Source: an uncultured Gemmatimonadales bacterium
GTDB lineage: Bacteria; Gemmatimonadota; Gemmatimonadetes; Gemmatimonadales; GWC2-71-9
Assembly (NCBI GenBank): GCA_963821525.1
Contig: CAWGED010000005.1
Coordinates: 1,120,001 to 1,184,000, forward strand
Direction of reading: 5' to 3'
Length of the DNA stretch: 64,000 bases
The notes beneath the pieces were generated by a model, which was not told the origin of the DNA, did not search any database, and saw only the letters and a program-made list of their open reading frames with translations. The first letter of the stretch is position 1; each line of letters begins with the position of its first letter. Below, one piece after another: positions 20,395 through 30,109 of the stretch. Both the position numbers and the translations under genes were made by a program.

Positions 20395-21695
20395 GCGCGG
20401 GTCGTTTCGCAATTCTGGATCCTGCAGCAGGAATCAGCGGGGACATGCTGCTCGGCGCCCTGATTGACGCCGGTGCCGCACCCGAATGGCTGGAGGCGCT
20501 GCCTGGACGCCTCGGGTTCTCCGACGCCAGAGTGGAAATCTCCCGAGTAGTCCGTTGCGGCATCGTATCCACCAAGGTCACGGTCTACTCCCCTCACGGT
20601 GAGGTGGAACATCCGAACCCGTTGTGGACCGAACCCCACTCGCACGCTCCCGGCACGCCCCACTCCCACGATTCGCGCCAGTCCCACGCTCCACATCACC
20701 ACGTAGGGAATCTCATCGCGACGCTGGAGCACGCGCCGCTCTCCGACTGGGTACGCCAACACGCCATCCGTGCTTTCAAGCTGCTGGCGGAAGAGGAGGG
20801 CCGCATCCACGGTGTGGCCCCGGAGGACGTGGCTCTCCATGAAGTCGGCGCCGTCGATGCCATGGTGGATATCGTGGGGGGAATCGAAGGCTTTGAGCGC
20901 CTGGGAATTCAGCGGGTCCACAATCGACCCGTTGCCCTGGGGGAAGGGTGGATTCGGGCCGCCCATGGAGTGCTGCCGGTTCCGGCACCGGTTACCGCCC
21001 GCCTTCTCGAGGGAATCGAGATTGGACCTAACGGACCAGTCACTGGAGAAGCGACGACTCCTACTGGCGCCGTTCTTCTCAGAGTGTTGAGCGCCGGGCG
21101 TCCGCCCTCGCGCTGGCGCGCCACGGCCAGTGGATGGGGAGCCGGTGGTCGTGATCCGGAGTCCTATCCCAATGCCCTCCGGCTGATCATCGCGGAGCCC
21201 GCTGGCGAGGCCGGCGAAGTGGTGACACTGTCCACCGATCTGGACGATATGAGCCCGGAGTATCTCGAGCCCCTGAGGGAGGCCCTTATTTCCGCCGGAG
21301 CCTTGGATGTTCAAGTCTGGCCTACGCATATGAAGAAGGGCAGGCCCGGATTCCGCCTGGAAGCGATCACGGAACCCTCGGCAGCAGACCGAGTTGCAGA
21401 GGCACTCTTTCTGCACAGTACGACCGCCGGTGTCCGACGGTGGACCATGGAACGCGTCACCCTACCGAGGCACCAGGTGGAGATTGAAATCGCCCCTGGT
21501 GTCTCGGTTCGCGTAAAGATCCTGGAGGCGCCGAGTGGACCCCGGGCGAAGCCTGAGTTCGACGACGTGAGTGCGGCAGCCCGACGACTGGGCAGGCCCG
21601 CGCTCGAGATCTCGCGTGAGGTGCAGACCCGCGCGCTCGCAAAGGTCGCCGCGGTGGCGCCCGACACATCCCGAACATTGAAAGAGGAGTCGTGA
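20391..21695 (+). CDS. larC: Nickel pincer cofactor biosynthesis protein LarC
   Basis: GISGDMLLGAL, His-rich stretch, HEVGAVDAMVDI, AHG.LPVPAP, TPTGA, LDDMSPE, MKKGRPG, KPEFDD. Confidence 0.92.
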   Translation: MSAGRFAILDPAAGISGDMLLGALIDAGAAPEWLEALPGRLGFSDARVEISRVVRCGIVSTKVTVYSPHGEVEHPNPLWTEPHSHAPGTPHSHDSRQSHAPHHHVGNLIATLEHAPLSDWVRQHAIRAFKLLAEEEGRIHGVAPEDVALHEVGAVDAMVDIVGGIEGFERLGIQRVHNRPVALGEGWIRAAHGVLPVPAPVTARLLEGIEIGPNGPVTGEATTPTGAVLLRVLSAGRPPSRWRATASGWGAGGRDPESYPNALRLIIAEPAGEAGEVVTLSTDLDDMSPEYLEPLREALISAGALDVQVWPTHMKKGRPGFRLEAITEPSAADRVAEALFLHSTTAGVRRWTMERVTLPRHQVEIEIAPGVSVRVKILEAPSGPRAKPEFDDVSAAARRLGRPALEISREVQTRALAKVAAVAPDTSRTLKEES

Positions 21696-23137
21696 TGACA
21701 CGATTGATTGCGGTGGGCTTCCTCCTGCTGACAGCGGCCCCCGCCGCGGCGCAGCAGCCGGCGATTGCCAGCCGCGTGACGGGTGCGCTCGACCAGAAGC
21801 TGGTGGATCCCGCGTGTAAGCTCACAGGCGGCGATTTCAAAGTCAGCAGCGGAAAGACGTACCTCAAGAGTGCGCTGGAATCTTCCAATCCTGATGCCCG
21901 GAACCGAATGCTCCGCGACGGCGTGCGGGTCATTTCGGAAGCCATCGGCAGCGGTCAGAGCGGAAGCTCCGCGGCCTGGTATTGGCTGGGGCGGAACTAC
22001 CTCCAGCAGGGCGATCTGGTCGGCACCGACTCCGCCTTCACCAAGGTTGAGAAGATCACTCCCGCATGCAAAGCCGACACCGACAAGCAGCGGTATCGGG
22101 CCTGGGCATCCCTGGTAAACGCGGGCAGTGAATTCCGGAAGAACAACACGATGGACTCTGCGCTGGTCATGTTTACAGCCGCAAACAGCATCTACCGTGA
22201 CGCGCCGCTGTCCTACATGAACATGGCCGAGATCTACAACAGCCAGAAGATGCCCGACAGCTCGCTGGCCTACTACACCAAGGCCGCCATGACCGAGCCG
22301 ACCGACACGGCACAACTGAAGCTGCGCGATCAGGCCCTCTTCAACACCGGCGCACTGCTCCTCAATGGCGGAAAGGCCGCCGAGGCGATCCCGATGTTCG
22401 AGAAGTACCTGCAGCGGGTGCCGGATGATTTGGGCGCCAAGAAGGCCTTGGCCAACGCCTACCGCGCAACTGGTCAGACGGACAAGGCCCAGGAACTGGA
22501 GAAGGCGTTGGTTGCCGCGGGTGGTGGCGCCGCCGCTGGGGCAGGGGCCGGAGGGGGCGGGGAAGGTCTGACCGAGGCCGATCTCATCGACTTGGGGACC
22601 AAGCAGTACAACGACAAGAACTACAAGGAAGCCGCCGAGACCTTCGGCAAAGTCCTTGAGATGAACCCCAATCAGCGCGACGCGATTTACGTCCAGGCCA
22701 ACGCCTATCTGGCAATGCAGGACGGTGCGAATCTGGCGTCGTCGGCCGAGCGTCTGATCGCCCTCGAACCATTGAGTGAGTACGCTTACTCGATGCGCGC
22801 CCAGGGATACAAGTTTGCCAAGAACACCGACAAGGTCGTCGAGGCGATTACCGCGCGTGAGGCACTGCCGGTCAACCTGGAGATCGAGAAGCTGAAGGTC
22901 GCAGGTTCCAATCTTTCGCTCACCGGGAAGGCAACCGGGCGGGAGGCCCGCAATTCGGCCAACAAGGTGATACCTCCTGCTCCGACAACGATCGTCGTGG
23001 AGTTCCTCGATGAGAAGGGAACGGTTGTGGGCACCCAGGAAACGACGATACCCGCCCTGCAGCCTGGTGCCACGCAGCCGATTCAGGTTGACGGCAAGGC
23101 CGATGGGGTCAAGGCTTGGCGCTACAAGGTGAAGTAA
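21692..23137 (+). CDS. Secreted TPR-repeat protein with a C-terminal FxLYD-like beta domain
   Basis: Signal peptide ending AAAQ, several TPR-like helices, C-terminal VEFLDEKGTVVG..LQPG. Confidence 0.8.
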   Translation: MMTRLIAVGFLLLTAAPAAAQQPAIASRVTGALDQKLVDPACKLTGGDFKVSSGKTYLKSALESSNPDARNRMLRDGVRVISEAIGSGQSGSSAAWYWLGRNYLQQGDLVGTDSAFTKVEKITPACKADTDKQRYRAWASLVNAGSEFRKNNTMDSALVMFTAANSIYRDAPLSYMNMAEIYNSQKMPDSSLAYYTKAAMTEPTDTAQLKLRDQALFNTGALLLNGGKAAEAIPMFEKYLQRVPDDLGAKKALANAYRATGQTDKAQELEKALVAAGGGAAAGAGAGGGGEGLTEADLIDLGTKQYNDKNYKEAAETFGKVLEMNPNQRDAIYVQANAYLAMQDGANLASSAERLIALEPLSEYAYSMRAQGYKFAKNTDKVVEAITAREALPVNLEIEKLKVAGSNLSLTGKATGREARNSANKVIPPAPTTIVVEFLDEKGTVVGTQETTIPALQPGATQPIQVDGKADGVKAWRYKVK

Positions 23138-23154
23138 CCCGTCGAATTACCTTG

Positions 23155-23182
23155 ACGCCCCGGCGCAGTCTTGCCGGGGCGT
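23155..23182 (+). terminator. Hairpin after the TPR gene (possible terminator)
   Basis: acgccccggc-N8-gccggggcgt, 10-bp stem, weak U-tract. Confidence 0.45.
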
Positions 23183-23197
23183 TGCCTTCGCCGGTCA

Positions 23198-23227
23198 TTG
23201 ACAAGGTTGTGAAACGACGGCGAGATT
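23198..23227 (+). promoter_or_regulatory. Putative sigma70 promoter of tRNA-Gly
   Basis: Perfect TTGACA at 23198; only a weak -10 (GAGATT). Confidence 0.45.
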
Positions 23228-23236
23228 TCTCGAACC

Positions 23237-23309
<73 letters not shown>

Positions 23310-23326
23310 CTGACCGTGTGATCCAC

Positions 23327-23360
23327 GCCTCCGCAGATCTGGTGCGGGGGCCTCTTTTTT
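23327..23360 (+). terminator. Rho-independent terminator after tRNA-Gly
   Basis: gcctccgca-N7-tgcgggggc followed by ctctttttt. Confidence 0.7.
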
Positions 23361-23547
23361 ACGGGCGGTAACACCACGACGGGTACCTGTCCGCCCTCCG
23401 GGTCAAGACAGCCGATGGCGGAGATCCGGGTGTTCGACCCAAAGACCGACCCCGTGAAGACTTAGGCATTCCCACGGGCAGGGCTTGAATGTTGCCCAGC
23501 CGCCGGGCAGATTCGTTTCCCTCATCTCAACGACCTGGAGTCATCGG

Positions 23548-23931
23548 ATGAACTCATTCAGCCGTTTGCCTCTCGCTGCTGCGATCATGCTGGCGGTCGC
23601 GGCCACCCCGGCTCGGGCTCAGTCACAACTGCCACAGGGAGTCACCCAGGAGCTCATCGACAAGGGCAACGGGATCTTCCATAAAGACGGTCTCTGCTAC
23701 GCCTGCCACGGCGCCGACGCCAAAGGTATGGTTGGCCCTAACCTCACCGATGACGTCTGGATTCACAACAAGGGCGGTTACGATGAAATCGTTGCCCAAG
23801 TGATGAAGGGAATTACCAAGGAAGAATCGAAGAGCGGTGTAGTGATGCCGCCAAAGGGCGGATCCAGTATCTCCGATGATGATGTGAAAGCGGTTGCCGC
23901 TTATGTCTGGTCGCTGAGCCATCCTCAATAG
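23548..23931 (+). CDS. Periplasmic monoheme cytochrome c (CcoP-like domain)
   Basis: Signal peptide, CYACH heme motif, GPNLTDDVWIH, distal Met in MPPKGG. Confidence 0.9.
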   Translation: MNSFSRLPLAAAIMLAVAATPARAQSQLPQGVTQELIDKGNGIFHKDGLCYACHGADAKGMVGPNLTDDVWIHNKGGYDEIVAQVMKGITKEESKSGVVMPPKGGSSISDDDVKAVAAYVWSLSHPQ

Positions 23932-24093
23932 GGATGTGTGATCCTAGGCACAAATAGGCGCCGGTCGTCGTTCGGGCCGGCGCTTTTGTCATGCAAGAAG
24001 CCCGAGCCGGGCTTCGGAAAGATTGTGGTTTTTTGGCCTATTGCAAGACTGCATCTTATTGAGGTATATAGGCTTACGATTAATGTCGAATAT

Positions 24094-24108
24094 TGGCATA
24101 GGGGTTGC
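24094..24108 (+). promoter_or_regulatory. Sigma54 (-24/-12) promoter of the pilin gene
   Basis: TGGCATAGGGGTTGC, exact GG-N10-GC spacing, 55 bp before the pilin ATG, preceded by an AT-rich tract. Confidence 0.8.
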
Positions 24109-24163
24109 CCTTCCGAGGTCATTGGGAGTTTCTCTCATGGCGCACCCGGAAGGACGGGATGGT

Positions 24164-24592
24164 ATGACCAGGAAGGGATTTACCCTAATCGAGCTTTTGA
24201 TCGTAGTTGTGATCATCGGGATTCTCGCGACTATCGCGATCCCGAAGTTCGCCAACACGAAGAACAAGGCCATTCTGGCCAGCATGAAGGCTGACCTGCG
24301 CAATCTGGTGACTGCCCAGGAAGGCTTCTACTTCGATAACACGGATTACGCCGGCTCGACGACCAGCGGTCTGCCGGTCAGCGGCACGGGTGGCGCCGGT
24401 CAAATCCAGTTTATCCCCAGCAACGGTAACCTGCTGACGATTACCTATATCGGCGTTACCGGGTACAAGGCGACGATGACCAACGTGACGATTGCGGCGT
24501 CCGTTCCGAATACGTGCGGCGTGTTTATCGGTGCCATCGCGAATTCGCCGAACGCGGCTGTTACGATGGAGGGCTCACCGGCCTGTTGGTAG
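24164..24592 (+). CDS. Type IV pilin (class III signal peptide)
   Basis: MTRKG|FTLIELLIVVVIIGILATIAIP with E5; C-terminal Cys pair. Confidence 0.93.
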   Translation: MTRKGFTLIELLIVVVIIGILATIAIPKFANTKNKAILASMKADLRNLVTAQEGFYFDNTDYAGSTTSGLPVSGTGGAGQIQFIPSNGNLLTITYIGVTGYKATMTNVTIAASVPNTCGVFIGAIANSPNAAVTMEGSPACW

Positions 24593-24612
24593 GCTAGCGC
24601 CTCGATCCTTCA

Positions 24613-24644
24613 AAGGGCGGCGACCTTCAGGTCGTCGCCCTTCT
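24613..24644 (+). terminator. Terminator after the pilin gene
   Basis: aagggcggcgacc-ttca-ggtcgtcgccctt, 13-bp stem with one G-U pair. Confidence 0.7.
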
Positions 24645-24732
24645 GATTACCCTCCTGTCTTGAATCCCGGCGCCTAAGGGGCCACCTTTTACCGCTTCTT
24701 TTCGCTGGTCCGCCCAGGAGTACCCGTTTTTC

Positions 24733-26010
24733 ATGGTCAAAGTCACCGCAGTCCAGCCCGGATCGATTGCCGAGGAGCTTGGGCTTCTGCCGGGCACCGA
24801 ACTCCTGTCCGTCAACGGCCACGAGCTGGAGGACTTCCTCGACTGGGAGTTCCTCACCGCCGAGGATGAGTTCGTAGTTCACGCGCGCCAGCCGGATGGA
24901 GAGGAGATCGAATACGACATCGAGCGGGCGGAAGGGATGCCTCTCGGCGTTTCGCTGGAGCCGCCCCGGATCCGCCGCTGTGCCAACCGATGCGATTTCT
25001 GTTTCGTGGACGGCCTTCCCCAGGGACTGCGGGAGACGCTCTACATCCGCGACGACGATTACCGCCTGTCTTTCAAGTACGGAAACTTCGCCACGCTGAC
25101 GAACCTGAAGCCGTGGGACGTACAGCGGATCATCGAATACCGGCTCTCTCCGCTCTACGTGTCGGTTCACGCGACGGATCCCGTCATCCGGCGCTATCTC
25201 CTGCGCAACCCGCTGGCGCCTGACGTCCTCGAGCAACTACGCCAATTCGCGGCGCATGGCATCGAGTTTCACACTCAGATCGTGATGTCTCCCGGGGTAA
25301 ACGACGGCGAGATCCTGGAGCGGAGTCTCTCCGATCTCTATGCCTTCGGCCGCGTGGTGCACAACGTCTCGGTTGTGCCTGTCGGGCTGACCGAGTTCAG
25401 CAAGCACAGTCTGGTGCGGGAACCAACTCGGGAGGAGTGCGCCGCCGCTATCCGCCAGCTCGAGCCATGGGCCGATCGCGCCAGGGCGGAGCGGGGAATG
25501 ACCTGGGCCTATGGCGCGGACGAGCTCTATCTTCGCGCGGGCATCGAGCTTCCCGGAGCCGAGGTCTACGGCGACTTCGAGCAGGTCGAGAATGGAGTAG
25601 GGTCCGTGCGCTATCTGCAGAAACGGATCGGAGAAGAGCGGGAGGCGCTGGCGAGCTGGGAGGGAAAGCGAATCGCGGTGCTTACCGGCACCTCCATGGG
25701 CGCGTTGTTGCCTCAGGTGATCGATCAGCTGCGCGAATACACTGGTGCCGAGTTCGAGCTGCTGGTACTGGAGAACACGCTCTTCGGCACTTCCGTGACA
25801 TGCGCCGGCCTGCTTCCCGGCGCGGCATTCCGCCAAGCCCTGCTCGATCGCAAGGGCTTCGATCTGGCGTTGCTGCCCGCCGAATCGCTCAATGATGATG
25901 GTCTCTTCATGGACGACCTGTCGTTCGAGGCGCTCGCGGCGACCGCTCCGATGGAGATTCGACCCTCCTATTTCTTCGCGGATGCGCTCGATACCCCCGT
26001 CGCCGCGTGA
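24733..26010 (+). CDS. DUF512 PDZ/radical-SAM-like Fe-S protein
   Basis: N-terminal PDZ-like region, CANRCDFC, DDDYRLSF.YGNF.TLTN, VPVGLT, QVENGVG. Confidence 0.88.
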   Translation: MVKVTAVQPGSIAEELGLLPGTELLSVNGHELEDFLDWEFLTAEDEFVVHARQPDGEEIEYDIERAEGMPLGVSLEPPRIRRCANRCDFCFVDGLPQGLRETLYIRDDDYRLSFKYGNFATLTNLKPWDVQRIIEYRLSPLYVSVHATDPVIRRYLLRNPLAPDVLEQLRQFAAHGIEFHTQIVMSPGVNDGEILERSLSDLYAFGRVVHNVSVVPVGLTEFSKHSLVREPTREECAAAIRQLEPWADRARAERGMTWAYGADELYLRAGIELPGAEVYGDFEQVENGVGSVRYLQKRIGEEREALASWEGKRIAVLTGTSMGALLPQVIDQLREYTGAEFELLVLENTLFGTSVTCAGLLPGAAFRQALLDRKGFDLALLPAESLNDDGLFMDDLSFEALAATAPMEIRPSYFFADALDTPVAA

Positions 26011-27338
26011 GCAAGCCTACCGTAGCAATCGTCGGACGTCCCAACGTCGGCAAGTCCACCCTGTTCAACCGCGTTCTCGGAGGGCGCCGGGCCATCGTCT
26101 CCGAGCGCCCCGGTACGACTCGTGACCGCCATTTTGGCGACGCAGAGTGGAATGGACGACGCTTCTGGGTCGTAGATACCGGGGGATTGATACCCCATTC
26201 CTCCGACTCGATGGACGTCGCGATTCGCCGTCAGGTTCAGGCGGCGGTGCAGGCCGCCGACCTTGTGGTCCTGGTGGTTGATGGAGCAGACGGGGTAAAT
26301 CCGGTGGATCAAGAGATCGCCGCGCAGCTCCGAAGCTCGCGCCGTCCCGTTCTGGTGGTGGTGAACAAGATGGATGACCTGCCCGCCAGCACGGGCCACC
26401 TCCAGTTCTACGAGCTGGGCCTGGGCGACCCCGTCCCGGTCTCCGCCCAGATAGGGAAGTCCAGCGGCGACATGCTCGACACCATCGTCGGCATGTTGCC
26501 GCCCAAGGATCCCGCTGAGGACGAGGACGCCATTCAGGTGGCGGTTGTCGGGCGGCCCAACGTCGGGAAGTCATCTCTGATCAATCGACTGCTCGGGGAG
26601 GAGCGACATGTGGTCGCGCCAGAACCGGGAACCACCCGAGATTCTGTCGACTCCCCCTTGCGATATCACAGCAAGACGCTCAACTTCATAGATACAGCGG
26701 GGTTACGGCGTCGCGCTAAAGTAGAAGATGACCTCGAGTTCTACTCGACGTTACGCACCCACCGCGCTATTGACCGAGCCGATGTTTGTGTCCTGGTCGT
26801 AGATGCCTCGCTCGGCCTCCACGTACAAGACCTCCGCATCGCGACCGAGGCGTGGGAGCGGGGCTGCGGACTGATCGTCGTGGTAAACAAGTGGGACCTG
26901 ATTCCTGAGAAGGATGCCAACACGGCGAAGCGGGGGCAGGATCTGCTAACGGAGAAGGCACCTTTCCTGAGCTTTGTGCCGTTCGTTTACACCTCGGCCA
27001 CGACCGGGCAACGGGTGTCGAAACTGTCCGACCTGATCATCGCAGTGGCGGAAGCGCGGGAACGGCGGGTGGCGACGGCCGAGGTAAATCAGGTTCTCGG
27101 AGACCTCATCCAGCGAAACGCGCCGCCGCAAAAGCCCGGTGAGGAGGTCAAGCTGCTGTACGCGTCGCAAGTCGGGACCCGGCCGCCCGCGTTCGCCATC
27201 GTGTGCAATCGGCCCGCCGACGTACCCGAGGCCTATCAGCGTTATCTGCTGAACGGCTTCCGCGCCGCATGGGGGTTCGACGGCGCGCCGGTCCGTCTCA
27301 AGTTCAAGCGCCGGTCGTCTCGAGGGCGGCGTACGTGA
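26007..27338 (+). CDS. der: Ribosome biogenesis GTPase Der
   Basis: Two G domains (GRPNVGKS twice, DTGG/DTAG, NKMD/NKWD) and a KH-like tail. Confidence 0.97.
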   Translation: MSKPTVAIVGRPNVGKSTLFNRVLGGRRAIVSERPGTTRDRHFGDAEWNGRRFWVVDTGGLIPHSSDSMDVAIRRQVQAAVQAADLVVLVVDGADGVNPVDQEIAAQLRSSRRPVLVVVNKMDDLPASTGHLQFYELGLGDPVPVSAQIGKSSGDMLDTIVGMLPPKDPAEDEDAIQVAVVGRPNVGKSSLINRLLGEERHVVAPEPGTTRDSVDSPLRYHSKTLNFIDTAGLRRRAKVEDDLEFYSTLRTHRAIDRADVCVLVVDASLGLHVQDLRIATEAWERGCGLIVVVNKWDLIPEKDANTAKRGQDLLTEKAPFLSFVPFVYTSATTGQRVSKLSDLIIAVAEARERRVATAEVNQVLGDLIQRNAPPQKPGEEVKLLYASQVGTRPPAFAIVCNRPADVPEAYQRYLLNGFRAAWGFDGAPVRLKFKRRSSRGRRT

Positions 27339-27973
27339 ACGGGAGCTTCGGCCTCGCCGCACTGCTTCTCCTGGGATCGTACCTGTGTGGAGCCGTTCCC
27401 ACGAGTTACCTGGTGGCGAAGTGGCTCCGAGGCATCGATCTGCGAGAGCACGGCAGTAAGAATCTCGGCGCGACAAATCTCTACCGCACGCTGGGCTGGA
27501 AATTCGCGGTCCCCGTCGGGCTGATCGATGCAGCGAAGGGCGCGATCCCGGTGCTGCTGCTGGGACCGAGGCTTCCCGGGGTAACGTTGTTTCCGACGCT
27601 GTGCGGAGTGATGGCGGTCGTCGGGCACGTGTACTCGGTGTTCGTCGGCTTCAAGGGAGGGAAGGGGGTCGCCACGGCGGCGGGCATGCTGCTAGGGCTG
27701 GCGCCCGAGGCGCTGGGCGTGGCTTTGATCGTCTGGCTCGTGCTGGTACGCTCCACCGGGTATGTGTCGCTGGGCTCGGTCGCTGCCGCCGCGGTTTTCC
27801 CTCCCGCGGACTACTTGCTCAATCCCGGCCGGCGAACCCTCACGGCGCTGGGACTCGACGTCGCGGTCGCGCTCTTTGTGATCTGGAAGCATCGCGCGAA
27901 CATTCAGCGATTACTGAATGGGACGGAAAGCCGCTTCGGCCGTCGTGGCCGTGCGGCTCCATCGGGTAGATGA
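27335..27973 (+). CDS. plsY: Glycerol-3-phosphate acyltransferase
   Basis: DLREHGSKNLGATN, GH.YSVF.GFKGGKGVAT, KHRANIQRL; GTGA overlap with der. Confidence 0.95.
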   Translation: MNGSFGLAALLLLGSYLCGAVPTSYLVAKWLRGIDLREHGSKNLGATNLYRTLGWKFAVPVGLIDAAKGAIPVLLLGPRLPGVTLFPTLCGVMAVVGHVYSVFVGFKGGKGVATAAGMLLGLAPEALGVALIVWLVLVRSTGYVSLGSVAAAAVFPPADYLLNPGRRTLTALGLDVAVALFVIWKHRANIQRLLNGTESRFGRRGRAAPSGR

Positions 27974-28968
27974 CAGCCGTCGGCGTTTTGGGCGGAGGAA
28001 GCTGGGGCACGACGCTGGCCGACCTCCTCGCTCGCAAGGGCCTCCCGGTCCGGCTGTGGGCCTATGAGGCCGAGGTAGTGGACTCGATCAACCGGCAGCA
28101 GGAGAACACGTTGTTCCTGCCGGGATGCCGTCTCGCCAAGGGGCTGCGAGCGTACGCGGATCCGGTGGAGACGGTGCAGGGCGCCGATGTCATAGTCTCG
28201 GCCTCGCCCAGTCATGTCGTGCGGGAGGTAGTAGCCAGGGTCGTCGGCAGCGTGCTGGAAGGGACGCTGGTGGTGAGTGCGACCAAGGGTCTCGAACCCG
28301 ACTCGTTGCTGCTGATGTCGGAAGTACTGGAGCAGACACTTCCGGGTGCCCGGATCGTCGCACTCTCCGGACCCAGTTTTGCGCTGGAGGTTTTTCAGGA
28401 ACAACCCACCGCAGTGGTGGCGGCCGCAAGAGAGTGGCGAACGGCTGAAGACGCGCAGGCGGTGTTTGCGACGCCGCGCTTCCGGGTCTACTCGAACCAG
28501 GACGTCACTGGAGTCGAACTGGCGGGAGCGCTCAAGAATGTGATCGCAATCGCCGCCGGGATCCTGGAAGGCCTTGGCTTGGGGAACAATCCGCGGGCGG
28601 CGCTGATTACCCGCGGGCTGGCGGAGATCACTCGACTCGGTGTCGCGAGGGGCGCCGATCCGCTCACCTTCGCGGGACTGGCCGGAATGGGAGACCTGAT
28701 CCTGACGACAACAGGTGCCCTGAGCCGGAACCGGTCGTTGGGTCTCGCGCTGGCGAAGGGTCAGACGCTCGATGAGTACCAGGCCACCCATCGGACGGTC
28801 GCGGAGGGCGTCAACACCGCGCGCAGCGCGGTTGCGATGGGGAAGCGGGTCGGAGTCGAGCTCCCCATTTGCGAGCAGGTGCACTGCATACTTTTCGAAG
28901 GGAAGCCGCCGGGGCAGGCGGTTGGCGATCTTATGGAGCGTACCCTGAAGCCGGAGCAATGGCGGTGA
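27970..28968 (+). CDS. gpsA: NAD(P)H-dependent glycerol-3-phosphate dehydrogenase
   Basis: GGGSWGT, ATKG, LSGPSFA, GALKNVIA, GLAGMGDL, SRN. Confidence 0.96.
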   Translation: MTAVGVLGGGSWGTTLADLLARKGLPVRLWAYEAEVVDSINRQQENTLFLPGCRLAKGLRAYADPVETVQGADVIVSASPSHVVREVVARVVGSVLEGTLVVSATKGLEPDSLLLMSEVLEQTLPGARIVALSGPSFALEVFQEQPTAVVAAAREWRTAEDAQAVFATPRFRVYSNQDVTGVELAGALKNVIAIAAGILEGLGLGNNPRAALITRGLAEITRLGVARGADPLTFAGLAGMGDLILTTTGALSRNRSLGLALAKGQTLDEYQATHRTVAEGVNTARSAVAMGKRVGVELPICEQVHCILFEGKPPGQAVGDLMERTLKPEQWR

Positions 28969-28970
28969 CG

Positions 28971-29357
28971 ATGGCACGGCCTGTTCAGGAATTCTTTTCG
29001 ATCGGCGAGGTGTGCGCCCTCACCGATCTGAAGCCGCATGTGCTTCGCTACTGGGAAAGCCAGTTCCGCTTTCTCAATCCGGCCAAGAATCGATCCGGCA
29101 ACCGGGTATACAAGAGCCGGGAAGTCGAGCTGATCATGCTGGTCAAGCACCTGCTCTATACCGAGAAGTACACGATCGAAGGAGCCCGGCAGCGGATCGA
29201 GCACTACCGGCGGACCGGAGAGCTCCGCAACGTGGCGCGCCGTGCCCTGGAGCGAGAGACCATACAGGAGCTTCGGTTGGCACTCAGTGAGGTCGCCGAC
29301 CTGCTGGACGGCAAGACACCCGCACCCCGGCCGGAGCAGGACCCGAATCCCAGGTGA
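28971..29357 (+). CDS. MerR-family HTH transcriptional regulator (start may be GTG 28965)
   Basis: FSIGEV..L.PHVLRYWE..P.KNRSGNRVY, YTIEGA. Confidence 0.88.
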   Translation: MARPVQEFFSIGEVCALTDLKPHVLRYWESQFRFLNPAKNRSGNRVYKSREVELIMLVKHLLYTEKYTIEGARQRIEHYRRTGELRNVARRALERETIQELRLALSEVADLLDGKTPAPRPEQDPNPR

Positions 29358-30109
29358 ATATCCTGGTGTCGAATGATGATGGGATTCTGGCACCCGGTCT
29401 CGGGGTGCTGGCGGAAGCGTGCCAGACGGTGGGCACCGTGACCGTCGTGGCCCCTGACCGGGAACAGAGCGGGACCTCCCATTCCCTCACGATGCACCGG
29501 CCGGTCCGGCCGGCCCGCCGCCCCGACGGCGCCTTCCAGGTCGATGGCACCCCTACAGACTGCGTGTTGCTCGCCCTGGGCGCACTCCTGACGGAACGCC
29601 CGGACTTTGTTTTCTCCGGGGTGAACCACGGACCGAACATGGGGGAGGACGTCCTCTATTCGGGCACCGTGGCGGCCGCGATGGAAGCGGTGACTCTCGG
29701 CGTTCCAGGAATCGCGATCTCCTACGCCGGGCCTACGTCGGACCTGACGACGCTGCAGAGTTATCGAGACCTGCTCGCTCGTCTGATCGGTCGCATCGTC
29801 CGCGTGAAGGATTTCCCGAAGGAGACGCTGCTGAACATCAATCTCCCCCCCATCGCCGCCGATCAGGTTCGGGGCATCAAGGTCACTCAGCTGGGAAGCC
29901 GCTTCTTTCAGGAATCGCTCACCCGAATGAGCGATCCCTGGGGACACGAAATCTTCTGGATCGGAGGCGGGACCATTCACTGGACCGGAGGAGAGAATTC
30001 GGACCACCGTGCAGTGGCTGACGGGTTCATCTCGATTACCCCGCTGCACATGGACCTGACGAACTACCGCCTCCTTGAAACGGTGCGAGAATGGTCGCTC
30101 GAAGCCTAG
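29354..30109 (+). CDS. surE: 5'/3'-nucleotidase SurE
   Basis: ILVSNDDG, APDREQSG, GTPTDCV, SGVNHGPN, YSGTVAAA. Confidence 0.96.
   Translation: MNILVSNDDGILAPGLGVLAEACQTVGTVTVVAPDREQSGTSHSLTMHRPVRPARRPDGAFQVDGTPTDCVLLALGALLTERPDFVFSGVNHGPNMGEDVLYSGTVAAAMEAVTLGVPGIAISYAGPTSDLTTLQSYRDLLARLIGRIVRVKDFPKETLLNINLPPIAADQVRGIKVTQLGSRFFQESLTRMSDPWGHEIFWIGGGTIHWTGGENSDHRAVADGFISITPLHMDLTNYRLLETVREWSLEA

Noticed and set aside
24040..24092. IHF site upstream of the pilin sigma54 promoter
   Set aside because: The tract is AT-rich, but I found no good WATCAANNNNTTR match on either strand
24733..28968. DUF512-der-plsY-gpsA as a novel system
   Set aside because: A widely conserved neighbourhood as far as I recall; nothing unusual beyond the unknown function of DUF512
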